A DNA stretch of 64,000 nt from Candidatus Omnitrophota bacterium (GTDB lineage Bacteria > Omnitrophota > Gorgyraeia > Pluralincolimonadales > Pluralincolimonadaceae). Each line of letters starts with the position of its first letter. Positions within the stretch are counted from its first letter, which is position 1. Below are positions 8,458-17,954 of this stretch, in pieces. The notes beneath the pieces are model-generated. The model worked only from the letters and a program-made list of their open reading frames with translations. It searched no databases and was not told where the DNA came from. The stretch is taken from the NCBI GenBank assembly GCA_003141835.1, contig PLNR01000004.1, forward strand, positions 13,943 to 77,942, given 5' to 3'. A program made the translations under genes and the position numbers.

Positions 8458-9989
8458 TATTTCCCTGTTTTCTTCAATTTTTCGAGCTTCTCTTTGATCG
8501 ACGGCTGGTCTGCTTTCAATTCCAGCGATTTTTTCCAGACGTCCTCCGCCTTCGCCGTCAGGCCTTTCTTGTAATACGCGTCCCCGAGGTGGTCGTAAAG
8601 TATCGAATCTTTCCCGTAGGCCGTTATCGCCTTCTCGAGCTGTGTTATCGCCTCGTCGGTCATCCCCTTCTTGTAATACGCCCACCCGAGGCTGTCTATA
8701 TAGGCGCCGTTATCCGGGCTGAGATCGAGGGCGCGCTTGATGAGGGTTATCGCCTCGTCGAGGTTCGTCCCGTCTTCAGCGTACATATAACCCAGAAAAT
8801 TCAGCGCGTCGGCATGCTTGGGGTTGAGCTCGATCGCCTTCTTCAACTCTTCTATGGCAAGCGCTTTCTCCCCCGCGCTTTCGTAGGCCGAGGCCAGGTA
8901 AAAATATCCGTCGGAATCCTTAGGGGCGAGTTCTACCGCCCGCTTGTAAGAGCCGAGGGCTTCCTTCGTCATCTTCTTCTGCGAATAGGCCATGCCTTTT
9001 ACTATATAGGCCAGGCTGGCGCGAGGCTCATCTTTTATTGCGACCGCCTTATCCAGAAGGGCAAGGGCTTCGTCCGGCTTCTTCTCGTTGAGGTAGACAT
9101 ACGCCAGCTCCAGGTATCCCTCTATCTTATCCGGCGCAAGGCTGACTATGAGCTTATAGGTCGAGATAGCGTCGTCGGGCTTACCGGCGCGGTAATAGGC
9201 GTGCGCCAGCAGGCTGTATATCCTCGTGTTCAGCGGTTCGGCCTCGAGGGTCTTCTTGTAATCCTCTATCGCCTTGGCGTAATCGCCCTTGAGCTCCCAG
9301 ATTATCGCCCTGCTTAAGCGCGCTTCCGCGTAATCCGGGTTGAGTTTTACCGCCGTGTCGAAATGCGTGAGCGCGTCATCGTATTTCCCCAACTTCGTGT
9401 AAAAGATCCCTAACGTAAAATGTATGAGGGCCGACTCCTTGCCTTCCTTGAGGATATCCTCATAGACCTTGGCGGCCTCCTCGATCTTCTGCTGCACCAC
9501 GTAAAGGTCGGCAAGCGAGGCGAGGGCCTTGATATCGTGCGGGTCCCTTTTTACTATCTCCTCGTACTGTTCGGCGGCCTTGTCGAATTTCTTCTGTATC
9601 GTGTAAAGGAGGGCGAGGGTGAAACGGGCGTTGGCGTCGGACGGGTCGCTTTCTATGGCGATGTTAAGGTATTTCGCGGCCTCTTCCGATTTGTTGAGCC
9701 GGATGTAATCCAGCGCTATGCTCGTATTTATGGTAGAGGACTTCGGGTCCTGCTGTAAGGCTTTCTTGTATTCCTCGATTCCCTGCTCGAACTTTGATTC
9801 GTTATCGAGGACGTTACCCATCAGGAAATGGGCATAGGAGCTCGTATCGGCGCTTTTCGATTTTTGGCCTTCCGAAAAAAGCGTATCGTAATCGGAAAGG
9901 CGCTCGGAAGACCTGCAATAGAGGGGCGACCCTTTTATTACGGCAAAAAGGGCCACCCCTGCAATGGCGATGAGAATATACTTTTTCAC
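8457..9989 (-). CDS. Exported tetratricopeptide repeat protein
   Basis: Signal peptide, tandem TPRs, C-terminal ALNFLGY...AYIDSLGW.YYK..HLGD signature. Confidence 0.9.
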   Translation of the reverse strand: MKKYILIAIAGVALFAVIKGSPLYCRSSERLSDYDTLFSEGQKSKSADTSSYAHFLMGNVLDNESKFEQGIEEYKKALQQDPKSSTINTSIALDYIRLNKSEEAAKYLNIAIESDPSDANARFTLALLYTIQKKFDKAAEQYEEIVKRDPHDIKALASLADLYVVQQKIEEAAKVYEDILKEGKESALIHFTLGIFYTKLGKYDDALTHFDTAVKLNPDYAEARLSRAIIWELKGDYAKAIEDYKKTLEAEPLNTRIYSLLAHAYYRAGKPDDAISTYKLIVSLAPDKIEGYLELAYVYLNEKKPDEALALLDKAVAIKDEPRASLAYIVKGMAYSQKKMTKEALGSYKRAVELAPKDSDGYFYLASAYESAGEKALAIEELKKAIELNPKHADALNFLGYMYAEDGTNLDEAITLIKRALDLSPDNGAYIDSLGWAYYKKGMTDEAITQLEKAITAYGKDSILYDHLGDAYYKKGLTAKAEDVWKKSLELKADQPSIKEKLEKLKKTGK

Positions 9990-10015
9990 CTTGGAAAGTC
10001 AGCTTTCAAGAAGAA

Positions 10016-10105
10016 TTACTTCTTCTTGTGCCTGTCCCTGCGGAGCCTCTTTTTTCTCTTGTGCGTCCTGATCTTTCTTCTTTTGCGCTTTTTACCGCAC
10101 GGCAT
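10016..10105 (-). CDS. Small basic protein, AURKAIP1/COX24 (bS22-like) family
   Basis: Below ORF-track cutoff; MPCGKKRKRRKIRTHKRKKRLRRDRHKKK* (29 aa) with AAGGAGG SD upstream. Confidence 0.85.
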   Translation of the reverse strand: MPCGKKRKRRKIRTHKRKKRLRRDRHKKK

Positions 10106-10121
10106 CTTGTGCTGCCTCCTT

Positions 10122-10997
10122 TTAATATATGACTTTATTGAGCGGGTATTCGATTATGCCTTCCGCCCCGGCCTGTTTCAATTTGGGTATGAGCTCGCGC
10201 ACCTGTTTCTCGTCGATGATCGTCTCGATGGCGCACCATCCGGGAACACTCAGCTGCGAAATGGTGGGCCTGCGCATGGCCGGAAGGATGCCGAGTATCT
10301 TTTTTAAGTTCTTGTTGGCGATGTTCATCTTCAGGCCGACCTTCTCCTCGGCGGCTATGGCGCCCTTGAGGAGTATGGCGATCTTCTCTATCTTCGCCTT
10401 CTTCCAGGGATCTTTCCAGGATTTTTTGTTGGCGATCAATTGCGTCGTCGAGGTGCAGAGCGTCTCGACTATTTTCAGGTTGTGCGCGCGCAACGAAGAG
10501 CCGGTCTCGGTAAGCTCGACGATGGCGTCGACCAGGCCGGAATACACCTTGGCCTCTGTCGCGCCCCACGAGAACTCCACGTCGGCGTTGACCTTCTTCT
10601 TCTTAAAATATTCTTTTGTGAAATTTACGAGCTCGGTGGCGATCCTCTTGCCGTTAAGGTCCTTCACCCCGCGGATATTGGAATTCTCCGGGACGGCGAG
10701 GACCCATCTTACCGGGTTGAGGCTCTGTTTTGCGTAGGTAAGCTCTTCGACGCGGACTATGTCGGATTTGTTCTCGAGTATCCAGTCGTTGCCGGTGATG
10801 CCGCAGTCGAGGATGCCCTGTTCGACATACCGCGACATCTCCTGAGCCCTTAACAGGACAGGGGCAAGCTCCGGGTCGTCGGTCGAAGGGAAATACGACC
10901 TCTCCGAGCCGGATATGGAGAACCCGGCCTTCTTAAACAGTTTAAAGGTAGCCTCTTGCAGGCTACCTTTAGGTAAACCTATTTTCAGTTTGGACAT
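10122..10997 (-). CDS. hisG: ATP phosphoribosyltransferase (long form)
   Basis: [35 protein letters not shown]-terminal regulatory domain (PTISQL). Confidence 0.96.
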   Translation of the reverse strand: MSKLKIGLPKGSLQEATFKLFKKAGFSISGSERSYFPSTDDPELAPVLLRAQEMSRYVEQGILDCGITGNDWILENKSDIVRVEELTYAKQSLNPVRWVLAVPENSNIRGVKDLNGKRIATELVNFTKEYFKKKKVNADVEFSWGATEAKVYSGLVDAIVELTETGSSLRAHNLKIVETLCTSTTQLIANKKSWKDPWKKAKIEKIAILLKGAIAAEEKVGLKMNIANKNLKKILGILPAMRRPTISQLSVPGWCAIETIIDEKQVRELIPKLKQAGAEGIIEYPLNKVIY

Positions 10998-11022
10998 GGC
11001 TCATATTCTATATTCAACGAGC

Positions 11023-11394
11023 CTAAAAGTCAACGATATTTTCGCCGGAAGACAGCTGGTCCGTCAGTACGAGCTCTTCGGCGAGGTCGTCTCTTGAAAG
11101 GAGCGCTACCGAAACGAGGGTCGGCCCCCTGGAGGCAAAGGAGAACAGGACGATGTTTAACGCTAAAATAAACATCGCCGCGGCAAGCACCGGTTTGGGC
11201 TGGAAAAAGGCAAAGGAGATCCCGTCCAGCCATCCGGCGAACCCGTAGCTGCGGTTCGACTTACGGCTGTCTATGGCATCCAATCTCTCCCCCAGCTCCC
11301 TGTCGAACTCCGGCCAGAACCCTTTCGGGGGCTCGGGAGCCTTCCTCTTCGATATCATATCCATTATATCCTTAAATGACGCCATATTCTCCAC
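11023..11394 (-). CDS. Putative anti-sigma factor (single TM)
   Basis: Overlaps the ECF sigma gene; PEPP..FW..F cytoplasmic part followed by one hydrophobic helix. Confidence 0.55.
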   Translation of the reverse strand: MENMASFKDIMDMISKRKAPEPPKGFWPEFDRELGERLDAIDSRKSNRSYGFAGWLDGISFAFFQPKPVLAAAMFILALNIVLFSFASRGPTLVSVALLSRDDLAEELVLTDQLSSGENIVDF

Positions 11395-11974
11395 CCCCCT
11401 CCGTTTTTATGTATGGCGATAACGCCTTCTGTAAATTCTTTGTCGCGCGGAAAAGATGCACTTTCGCGGTCGACTCGCTGCATTTTATCATATCCGCTAT
11501 CTCGCCCAATTTCATGCCGTGCATATGCCTTAATACAAAAGTTATTTTCTGCTTCTCCGGCAGCCTGTTTATAGCCTCGTCGACTTTTTCGCGTATCTCC
11601 TTATTGAGGAGCGCCTTCCTCGGGCCCGGCCCGTTGTCGACCGCCTCGACCGGCGCCTCGTCGTCCTCATCCGCCGGCTCCCGGACCTCGACGAGGACCC
11701 TGATCCTGGCCTGCTTTTTCCTCAAGACATCCTTGCACTGGTTCAGGAGTATCCTGTAAAACCACGTGTAAAACGCTGAGCCGCCGCGGAATTTCCCGAT
11801 ATTCAAATACGCCTTGACGAAAGCTTCCTGCAGCACGTCCTTGGCGTCCTCGGCGTTGCCGGTAAAATTGTAAGCGAGGGCGAACGCCTTCCCCTTGTAC
11901 ATATCCACAAGTGAGTCGAACGCCGCCCGTTCGCCATTCCTGGCCCGTTCAATAAGCAGAAGTTCCGGATCCAA
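11372..11974 (-). CDS. ECF RNA polymerase sigma factor
   Basis: DAKDVLQEAFVKAY, F.TWFYRI..N, region 4 LPEKQK..FVLR...EIA....ESTAKVHLFRA; TTG start. Confidence 0.95.
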   Translation of the reverse strand: MDPELLLIERARNGERAAFDSLVDMYKGKAFALAYNFTGNAEDAKDVLQEAFVKAYLNIGKFRGGSAFYTWFYRILLNQCKDVLRKKQARIRVLVEVREPADEDDEAPVEAVDNGPGPRKALLNKEIREKVDEAINRLPEKQKITFVLRHMHGMKLGEIADMIKCSESTAKVHLFRATKNLQKALSPYIKTEGGGEYGVI

Positions 11975-11988
11975 TATTTGTTCGGCCT

Positions 11989-12312
11989 TTACTTGTTCGT
12001 ATCAGCCAGGTCCTTCTTGAGTTCTGAGAGGGTCGATTCCATCCTCTCTATCTGGCCCTGGATCATTTCCTTGTATTTCGCCGGGTCCTTCTCTTTCAAC
12101 TGCGCCAGCCTCTCGTGGATCTGCTCGCGGCGGTGTTCCATCATCTTCTTGAACTGCTCGGGATGCTTTTCCCCGTATTCCCTCAGCTTATGGAACCTCT
12201 CGAAGCCCTGTCCTCTTGACTGCGCCTTGCCGATAGAATAACCGGTAAAACTCGAGCTTGCCGCGATGATCAGGACAAGCACTGCCGCCAAAACTGCCTG
12301 GGAAGCCTTCAT
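11989..12312 (-). CDS. Small exported helical protein, first gene of the ECF operon
   Basis: N-terminal hydrophobic segment, repeated K.PE.FK/KDPAKYK helices; AAGGAGGG SD. Confidence 0.65.
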   Translation of the reverse strand: MKASQAVLAAVLVLIIAASSSFTGYSIGKAQSRGQGFERFHKLREYGEKHPEQFKKMMEHRREQIHERLAQLKEKDPAKYKEMIQGQIERMESTLSELKKDLADTNK

Positions 12313-12334
12313 CTTGCACCCTCCTTTTACTGTG

Positions 12335-12363
12335 TTAGACGGATAGGAACGCTAAAAGTTTAC
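12335..12363 (-). promoter_or_regulatory. ECF-type promoter, probably autoregulatory
   Basis: Minus strand GTAAAC-N16-CGTCTAA matches the AAC/CGTC ECF consensus, upstream of the operon encoding the ECF sigma. Confidence 0.6.
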
Positions 12364-12384
12364 TTTATTTTACCATAAATGGGG

Positions 12385-12413
12385 TTGCCTGTCCGAAGTT
12401 TTCCTGTTATAAT
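12385..12413 (+). promoter_or_regulatory. Sigma70 promoter for the SurA/PpiD-like gene
   Basis: TTGCCT-N17-TATAAT with TG extended -10. Confidence 0.65.
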
Positions 12414-12462
12414 GCTTAAACTTTACCTACCCCACGCAATGGGGCTCTAAGGAGAACCTAGA

Positions 12463-13872
12463 ATGCTCAAACAGATCAGGGAGAACGCAAGAGTACCTCT
12501 TTACCTGTTGATCGTGGCCTTCATCGGCCTCTACGCGGTAAGCGGGCATGATACCGTCCCGCCTGCCGGAAAGATATTCGGCAAAAAGGTCCCGATCAGC
12601 GATTTCCAGAAAGCCTACAACGGCGTGAAGACGCAGCTGACGATAAGATACGGCAAGCTGCCCAACGACTCTAAAATAGAGCCGGTCCTCGAGGACGAGG
12701 CGTGGAACAGGCTCATAATGCTTTATGAGGCAAAAAAAGAGCGCATAAAGGTCACAGATAAGGATATCGTCGATTACGTGAAGGGCGTGACCGCATTCAA
12801 TGACAAGAGCGGCAGGTTCAGCAAGAGGCAGTACGAGGAGATACTGAGATACGGTTTCGGCCTCACCCCTGCCGAGTTCGAAGCCCAGGTCAGGGATAAC
12901 CTGACGATAGACAAGCTGATCGAGAAGCACAGCGACGACGTGAAACTCACCGACGCCGAGATACTCAACGAATATAGATTCCTGAACGAGAAAGCGAAGG
13001 CCGATTACATCCTGTTCAAGACCTCCGATTTCCTGACGCAGGCGGTGGTGACCGAAGACGAAGTAAAGGCGTATTTCGAAAAGAACAAGGCGGCCTTCAA
13101 GATACCCACGCAGGTGAACGCGGAATATATCGCCAAGCCGTTCCCTGACGATAAGGAAGAGACGAAACAAAAGGTCAGGAAAGAGATAAAAGACATCTCC
13201 TACGAATTTGCGGCGGATACCGATTTGGCGGCGGCCGCGAAGAAGTTCTCGCTCGAAGTGAAAGAGACCGGATTCTTCAACAGGGAGACGAATATCCCGG
13301 GCATAGGATACGACCTCAAATTCGCGGACACGGCGCTGTCCCTTGCCGTGGGCCAGGTCAGCAGCCCGCTTGAGACGAAGACCGGCGTATATATAATAAA
13401 GATAAAGGAAAAGAAGCCGGAGCGCCAGGCAACCTTCGTTGAAGTAAAGGATGACGCTGAAAAGAATTTAAAGGCCGAGAAGGCCGACGCTATCGCGAAG
13501 GTAAAGGCCCAGGAAGCGCTTAAATCCCTGAAAGCGGGATCGAGCCTCCCATTCAAGAAGACCGAGGCGTTCGCGAGGGGCCAGTATATAGAGGGGCTGG
13601 GCGTGTCGCCTGAGTTCGCGGAAGCCGCGTTCTCGGTAAAACAGGGTGAATTGTTCGGCGACACGGTTAAAATCCACGACGGTTATGCGATCGTCAGGCA
13701 GGATTCGATAACCCCCATAGACGAGAAGAAATTCCAGGAAGAGAAAGATAAATTAAAGAAGTCGCTTTTGGAGCAGAAGAAATATTTCGCCTCGATAACC
13801 TGGTTCAACGAGCTAAGGAAGAAGGCTAACCCGCAGCCCGCCCTGAATAAGGCACGGGCAGCCCGCCAATAG
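12463..13872 (+). CDS. SurA_N/PpiD-like periplasmic folding chaperone
   Basis: N-terminal TM anchor, SurA_N-like region (F..G.FSK..Y), degenerate parvulin domain (GQVSSPLETKTGVYIIK); only convincing plus-strand gene. Confidence 0.85.
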   Translation: MLKQIRENARVPLYLLIVAFIGLYAVSGHDTVPPAGKIFGKKVPISDFQKAYNGVKTQLTIRYGKLPNDSKIEPVLEDEAWNRLIMLYEAKKERIKVTDKDIVDYVKGVTAFNDKSGRFSKRQYEEILRYGFGLTPAEFEAQVRDNLTIDKLIEKHSDDVKLTDAEILNEYRFLNEKAKADYILFKTSDFLTQAVVTEDEVKAYFEKNKAAFKIPTQVNAEYIAKPFPDDKEETKQKVRKEIKDISYEFAADTDLAAAAKKFSLEVKETGFFNRETNIPGIGYDLKFADTALSLAVGQVSSPLETKTGVYIIKIKEKKPERQATFVEVKDDAEKNLKAEKADAIAKVKAQEALKSLKAGSSLPFKKTEAFARGQYIEGLGVSPEFAEAAFSVKQGELFGDTVKIHDGYAIVRQDSITPIDEKKFQEEKDKLKKSLLEQKKYFASITWFNELRKKANPQPALNKARAARQ

Positions 13873-14377
13873 TCTCGCCCATAACATTTACCGGCTGGAG
13901 GAACTCCATTTCGAGGAGCTTCCAACCGTCTTCTTCTTTAACGAGCTTCAGCCTGAACTTATCCTTCTCCCCTTCCAGCCCCTGCATTATAGTCTCTGAC
14001 GCGCCCCGGCCGGTGCGGCCGATTATCAGGGCGGTCACTTCCACGTCGGCCTCTGTCTTCGCCCCGTTCAGTTTTATATCCACGCTCTCAATATTTATGA
14101 ATACATCCTTATAATACGAGACAAAACCCTTCACGCCGAAGACGAGGGTCGAGCGGTCATTGCCGTATTTATCTTTATAATTAAAGGAGACCATATCCGA
14201 GATACCGAGGAGGTTCTTCTTCTCGATGCGGGCTTTGCCTGTCATGATGAATTTCTTGATGCGGGCCGGCTCGCCGCCGAATACGTCCTGGACCAAATTA
14301 TAACCGAAATAGGCGACGAGTGAGATAACGACCGCCCACAAATAGATCTTAATATACTTTCTTATTGGGAAGCTCAT
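13826..14377 (-). CDS. Membrane-anchored hypothetical protein (possible NTF2-like fold)
   Basis: N-terminal TM; S.NYKDKYG...LVKEEDGWKL pattern; start uncertain. Confidence 0.6.
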   Translation of the reverse strand: MSFPIRKYIKIYLWAVVISLVAYFGYNLVQDVFGGEPARIKKFIMTGKARIEKKNLLGISDMVSFNYKDKYGNDRSTLVFGVKGFVSYYKDVFINIESVDIKLNGAKTEADVEVTALIIGRTGRGASETIMQGLEGEKDKFRLKLVKEEDGWKLLEMEFLQPVNVMGETIGGLPVPYSGRAAG

Positions 14378-14816
14378 TGAATTTCCTGAAAAGCCCGAGG
14401 CATTCTCTTCTCATGAAGGCAGGAACGAGTTTCACTTTGCTCTTTCCGAGGGATTTGAGCCGGCTGTCGGTTATCTCAAGCTCGTTAAAACCGATCCTTT
14501 TTGCGTCTCTTGTCGTGGTGCCGTAGATTATCTTATCGATACGGGCCCAGTGTATCGCGGAAAAACACATCGGGCACGGCTCTGTCGTCGAATAGATAAC
14601 GCAGCCTGAAAGGTCGAAGGTCTTTAATTTGCGCGAGGCGAGGCGGATGGCGTTTATCTCGGCATGGCAGGTCGCGTCATTTTTCAACACAGAATTGCGA
14701 GCGACCGCGATCACCCTGTCGCCTTTGACAATACAGGCGCCGAACGGCCCGCCGTCCATCCTCTTGAGATTCTTCCCGGCCTCTTTTATGGCCAGGAGCA
14801 TGAATTTTTTATTCAT
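14349..14816 (-). CDS. Nucleoside/guanine deaminase (cytidine deaminase fold)
   Basis: GGPFGA, HAE, EPCPMC zinc motifs. Confidence 0.92.
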   Translation of the reverse strand: MNKKFMLLAIKEAGKNLKRMDGGPFGACIVKGDRVIAVARNSVLKNDATCHAEINAIRLASRKLKTFDLSGCVIYSTTEPCPMCFSAIHWARIDKIIYGTTTRDAKRIGFNELEITDSRLKSLGKSKVKLVPAFMRRECLGLFRKFNELPNKKVY

Positions 14817-15475
14817 CTGTTCTTCAACTCCCTTATCGCGTCCGCGGCAATCCAGCGGGCGGCCCTTGAGTCTATATTATATATCTCTTTGGCGGCTTTA
14901 AGCGCGGCTTTCCTGAGCTTCGGGTTGCGCTTGCCGATCTGGCGAAGGGCCCAGTTGACCGCCTTCCTTACATAATTGCGCTCGTCGGCAGATTCCCTCT
15001 TTATCACCGGGAAATAGACCATGAATGCCGCGTCTTTTGCTTTTTTATCATGGACTGCGAGGCAGGCCATCAGCGCGAAACCCGACCGCTTATAATATTC
15101 TTCTTTCTTCCTGCTCCACTCGTGGGTTTTTTTGTGAGCAACCGGCGTATAACAAAAAAGGTTAGAACATACCTGGTCGCAGATATCCCATGAATCAAAA
15201 TCCTTGGCCCACTCGTCCATCTCCTTGGGAGTGATTTTATCTGGATCGGCTACCATGCCGGCGAGGATGCGCGCTTCGTGGATACCTGACGCCCACAGTT
15301 TTTGGGCGAGAGCGTGGTCTTTGCCTGCTTGCCTCGCTATCTTCCTTAGGACGGGTATGGGCACACCGAGGGTGTTCTTGGAACTGATGCCGAAGCGGGC
15401 CATCCCCTCGATATTCTTGGGGCTAGAAAGGGATTTGAGTTTTTTTATTATTTCCGCGGCCGTATATCGGGGCAT
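14813..15475 (-). CDS. AlkD-like DNA alkylation repair protein
   Basis: LGVPIP.LRK, HEAR, DSWDICD, NYVRKAVNWALR.IGK. Confidence 0.88.
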   Translation of the reverse strand: MPRYTAAEIIKKLKSLSSPKNIEGMARFGISSKNTLGVPIPVLRKIARQAGKDHALAQKLWASGIHEARILAGMVADPDKITPKEMDEWAKDFDSWDICDQVCSNLFCYTPVAHKKTHEWSRKKEEYYKRSGFALMACLAVHDKKAKDAAFMVYFPVIKRESADERNYVRKAVNWALRQIGKRNPKLRKAALKAAKEIYNIDSRAARWIAADAIRELKNR

Positions 15476-15478
15476 GGA

Positions 15479-15736
15479 TTATTTCTTTAGTGTGATCTCG
15501 ACGAGCTTCGCGGTGACGCCGGGGAGCTTGTTGAGCCTCCTGGCGAGCTCCTTCTTTTTCTTGCTGTCTCCGACGAGCTCGAGGATTATCAGGCCGACGT
15601 CCGAACACTGGTTGAGGACGCCGTCGTGGATGCCGAGGCGCGTCTTGACGAAGCAGCCGTATTTGGTGAGGACCTTCTGGAAATTTACCGCCGATCTGCT
15701 GCGGGTGCGTAAAAGCGCTATCAGTATGCTCTTCAT
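15479..15736 (-). CDS. TM1266-like ACT-fold small protein
   Basis: R...A...Q.VLT.YGC..KTRLGIH...GLIILEL pattern of the 'iron-only hydrogenase regulator'-like family. Confidence 0.65.
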   Translation of the reverse strand: MKSILIALLRTRSRSAVNFQKVLTKYGCFVKTRLGIHDGVLNQCSDVGLIILELVGDSKKKKELARRLNKLPGVTAKLVEITLKK

Positions 15737-15753
15737 ACCTGCCTCCTTTAAGA

Positions 15754-16848
15754 TTACCGGTCCCCGAAACAGGTCCCGACAGAACGCGCCGACTCTACGA
15801 GCGGATGGTTCTTCGGGACGAGCCTCTTGCCCTTCGCGACATCCCTAAGGGAGGCCTTGACGAACTCATTGTTCCTGACCGCGACCATATGGCCGAACGC
15901 GCCCTCATTCACGAGATCCATCGCCCCTGTCCCAAGCTGTGTGGCCAGGACCCTGTCGAAAGGCGTGGGCGAGCCTCCCCTCTGGAGATGGCCCATTATC
16001 ACGGCGCGCGTCTCTATGCCGCACGCTAACTTCTCTATCTGCCCGCCGAGGACAAAGCTTACGCCGCCGAGCCTGATCGATTCGAAGCTCTCCTTCACTA
16101 TCCTCTTTACGACGACATCCCCACCCTTCGGCTTCGCGCCCTCGGAGACCACGATTATGCTGAACCTCTTGCCTTTGCTGTGCCTCTCTTTTATCTTCCT
16201 GACAACCACGTTGATATCGTACGGGATCTCGGGGATGAGTATGATATCGCCGCCGCCGGCAACACCGGAGTGGAGCGCTATCCAGCCCGCGGTACGCCCC
16301 ATTACCTCTATTATCATCGCGCGGTGATGCGATTGCGCGGTCGTATGTATCCTGTCTATGCCTTCGGTCGCCACCCATACGGCCGTGTCGAAACCGAACG
16401 TTATATCGGTGCCGAGGATGTCATTATCTATCGTCTTCGGGACGCCGACGATCGGGATCCCATCCTCATAAAGCCTGTGAGCAATGCTGAGCGTCCCGTC
16501 TCCGCCGATAACCACCAGCGCGTCGGCTTTCAACCTCTTAAAATTATTTATGGCGCTCCTGTGGTAGTCCTTGAATGTGACCTTGCAGTTCTTGCCTTCT
16601 ATGGCGTAATGGTAAGGATTGGCAATATTGGAGGTGCCGAGTATCGTGCCGCCTAGGGCAATGATGCCCGAGACATCGTGATTCTCGAGCTTCCTGACCC
16701 TATTCCTTACGAGGCCTTCGTAACCATCCTCGATCCCGACGACTTCGCATCCTTCGCCCATGGCTTTTTTAGCCACGGCCCGTATGACCGCGTTCAGGCC
16801 CGGGCAGTCCCCGCCGCCGGTAAGTATCGCTATCCTTTTAGGTTTCAT
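15754..16848 (-). CDS. pfkA: 6-phosphofructokinase (group III-like, G104/K124)
   Basis: LTGGGDCPGLN, GGTILGTS, GGDGT, PKTIDND, EVMGR, GHLQRGG. Confidence 0.95.
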   Translation of the reverse strand: MKPKRIAILTGGGDCPGLNAVIRAVAKKAMGEGCEVVGIEDGYEGLVRNRVRKLENHDVSGIIALGGTILGTSNIANPYHYAIEGKNCKVTFKDYHRSAINNFKRLKADALVVIGGDGTLSIAHRLYEDGIPIVGVPKTIDNDILGTDITFGFDTAVWVATEGIDRIHTTAQSHHRAMIIEVMGRTAGWIALHSGVAGGGDIILIPEIPYDINVVVRKIKERHSKGKRFSIIVVSEGAKPKGGDVVVKRIVKESFESIRLGGVSFVLGGQIEKLACGIETRAVIMGHLQRGGSPTPFDRVLATQLGTGAMDLVNEGAFGHMVAVRNNEFVKASLRDVAKGKRLVPKNHPLVESARSVGTCFGDR

Positions 16849-16920
16849 ATTAGCTCCCTCTGTTAGATTATAAGAGCGCCGTAATTAAAAAGCAACTTTA
16901 AAAAATCGGGCGGGTCCTGT

Positions 16921-16977
16921 CTGCCGAGCACCTCACCCCTTTTGCTGGTGCAAAAGGGGTGAGGGCTCCGTCGGCAG
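16921..16977. repeat. Long intergenic hairpin (REP/MITE-like)
   Basis: Perfect 15-bp stem cctcaccccttttgc/gcaaaaggggtgagg, extended by ctgccga/tcggcag. Confidence 0.7.
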
Positions 16978-16994
16978 CCACCTGCTGCAAATTT

Positions 16995-17948
16995 TTAAAT
17001 CTTGCTTATTATCTCCAACATTTCTTTTTTCGTTTCCGCCGCGCAAGCCGCTACACGTAATGGGCGGACGTTATTAAGTCCCTTGGTGTACCAGCAGAAG
17101 AACTTGCGGAATGCCGGGATCGCCCTTTTGGCGCCGAAACATTTGACAGAGGAGTTGAGATGGTATTTTATCGTCTTTACGACCGTTTCTTTTGAAGGCC
17201 TTTCCTGGATAGTTCCGTCTTCGAGGTAAGTTTCGACCTCACGGAAGAACCACGGGTTGCCCAGCGCGCCGCGGGCCAGGAGGATACCGTCGCAACCGGT
17301 CTCGTCGAACATCTTTTTCGCGAGCTGGGCGGATAATACGTCGCCGCTGCCGATGACCGGGACCTTCACCGCGTCCTTGACCGACTTTATGACCCCGTAA
17401 TCGACGCTGCCGCTGTATAACTGGTTCCTCGTCCTGCCATGGATGAATATCGCAGAGACACCGGCATCTTCGGCAACCACAGCGGTCTCCCTGGCGTTGA
17501 CCGAATTCTTTTCCCAGCCGGCGCGGATCTTTACAGTGACCGGCCACCTCGATTCCCTGACCATTATCTTAAGCAGGCGCTTGAGTTTGCCTAAGTCCTT
17601 GAGCAGGGCCGCGCCCTCACCCTTCGCGGTGACTTTCCTTTCAGGGCAGGCGGCGTTGAAATCGAGGATATCGAATTTGTATTTATGGAGTTTTTCTATC
17701 GCGCGGTTCAAATATTCGGGTTCGTTGCCTACGAGCTGGATGCCGAGAGGCCTGTCGCCTTTTGCCGACCCTAGCATCTCGAGCGCCTTGACGTTGCTGT
17801 AACTTAACGAGCGCGCGTTGACCATTTCGGTAAAAGCGAGCTCGGCGCCGAATTTGCGGTTGAGCATGCGGTACGGCAGGTCTGTTATGCCCGCCATCGG
17901 GGCGAGGATGAGGTTAGACTTTAATTTAAGCTTGCCGATCGTCAGCAT
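16995..17948 (-). CDS. dusB: tRNA-dihydrouridine synthase
   Basis: LAPMAGITD, TEMV, N.ACP, VTVKIRAGW, IHGRTR, GSGD, RGALGNPW. Confidence 0.94.
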   Translation of the reverse strand: MLTIGKLKLKSNLILAPMAGITDLPYRMLNRKFGAELAFTEMVNARSLSYSNVKALEMLGSAKGDRPLGIQLVGNEPEYLNRAIEKLHKYKFDILDFNAACPERKVTAKGEGAALLKDLGKLKRLLKIMVRESRWPVTVKIRAGWEKNSVNARETAVVAEDAGVSAIFIHGRTRNQLYSGSVDYGVIKSVKDAVKVPVIGSGDVLSAQLAKKMFDETGCDGILLARGALGNPWFFREVETYLEDGTIQERPSKETVVKTIKYHLNSSVKCFGAKRAIPAFRKFFCWYTKGLNNVRPLRVAACAAETKKEMLEIISKI

Positions 17949-17954
17949 GAACTA

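Noticed and set aside
8458-8685. N-terminal extension of the transketolase ORF
   Set aside because: Overlaps the TPR gene; homology starts at ATG 8457.
12427-13170. 247-aa minus-strand ORF
   Set aside because: Antisense to the SurA/PpiD-like gene, which has motifs, SD and promoter.
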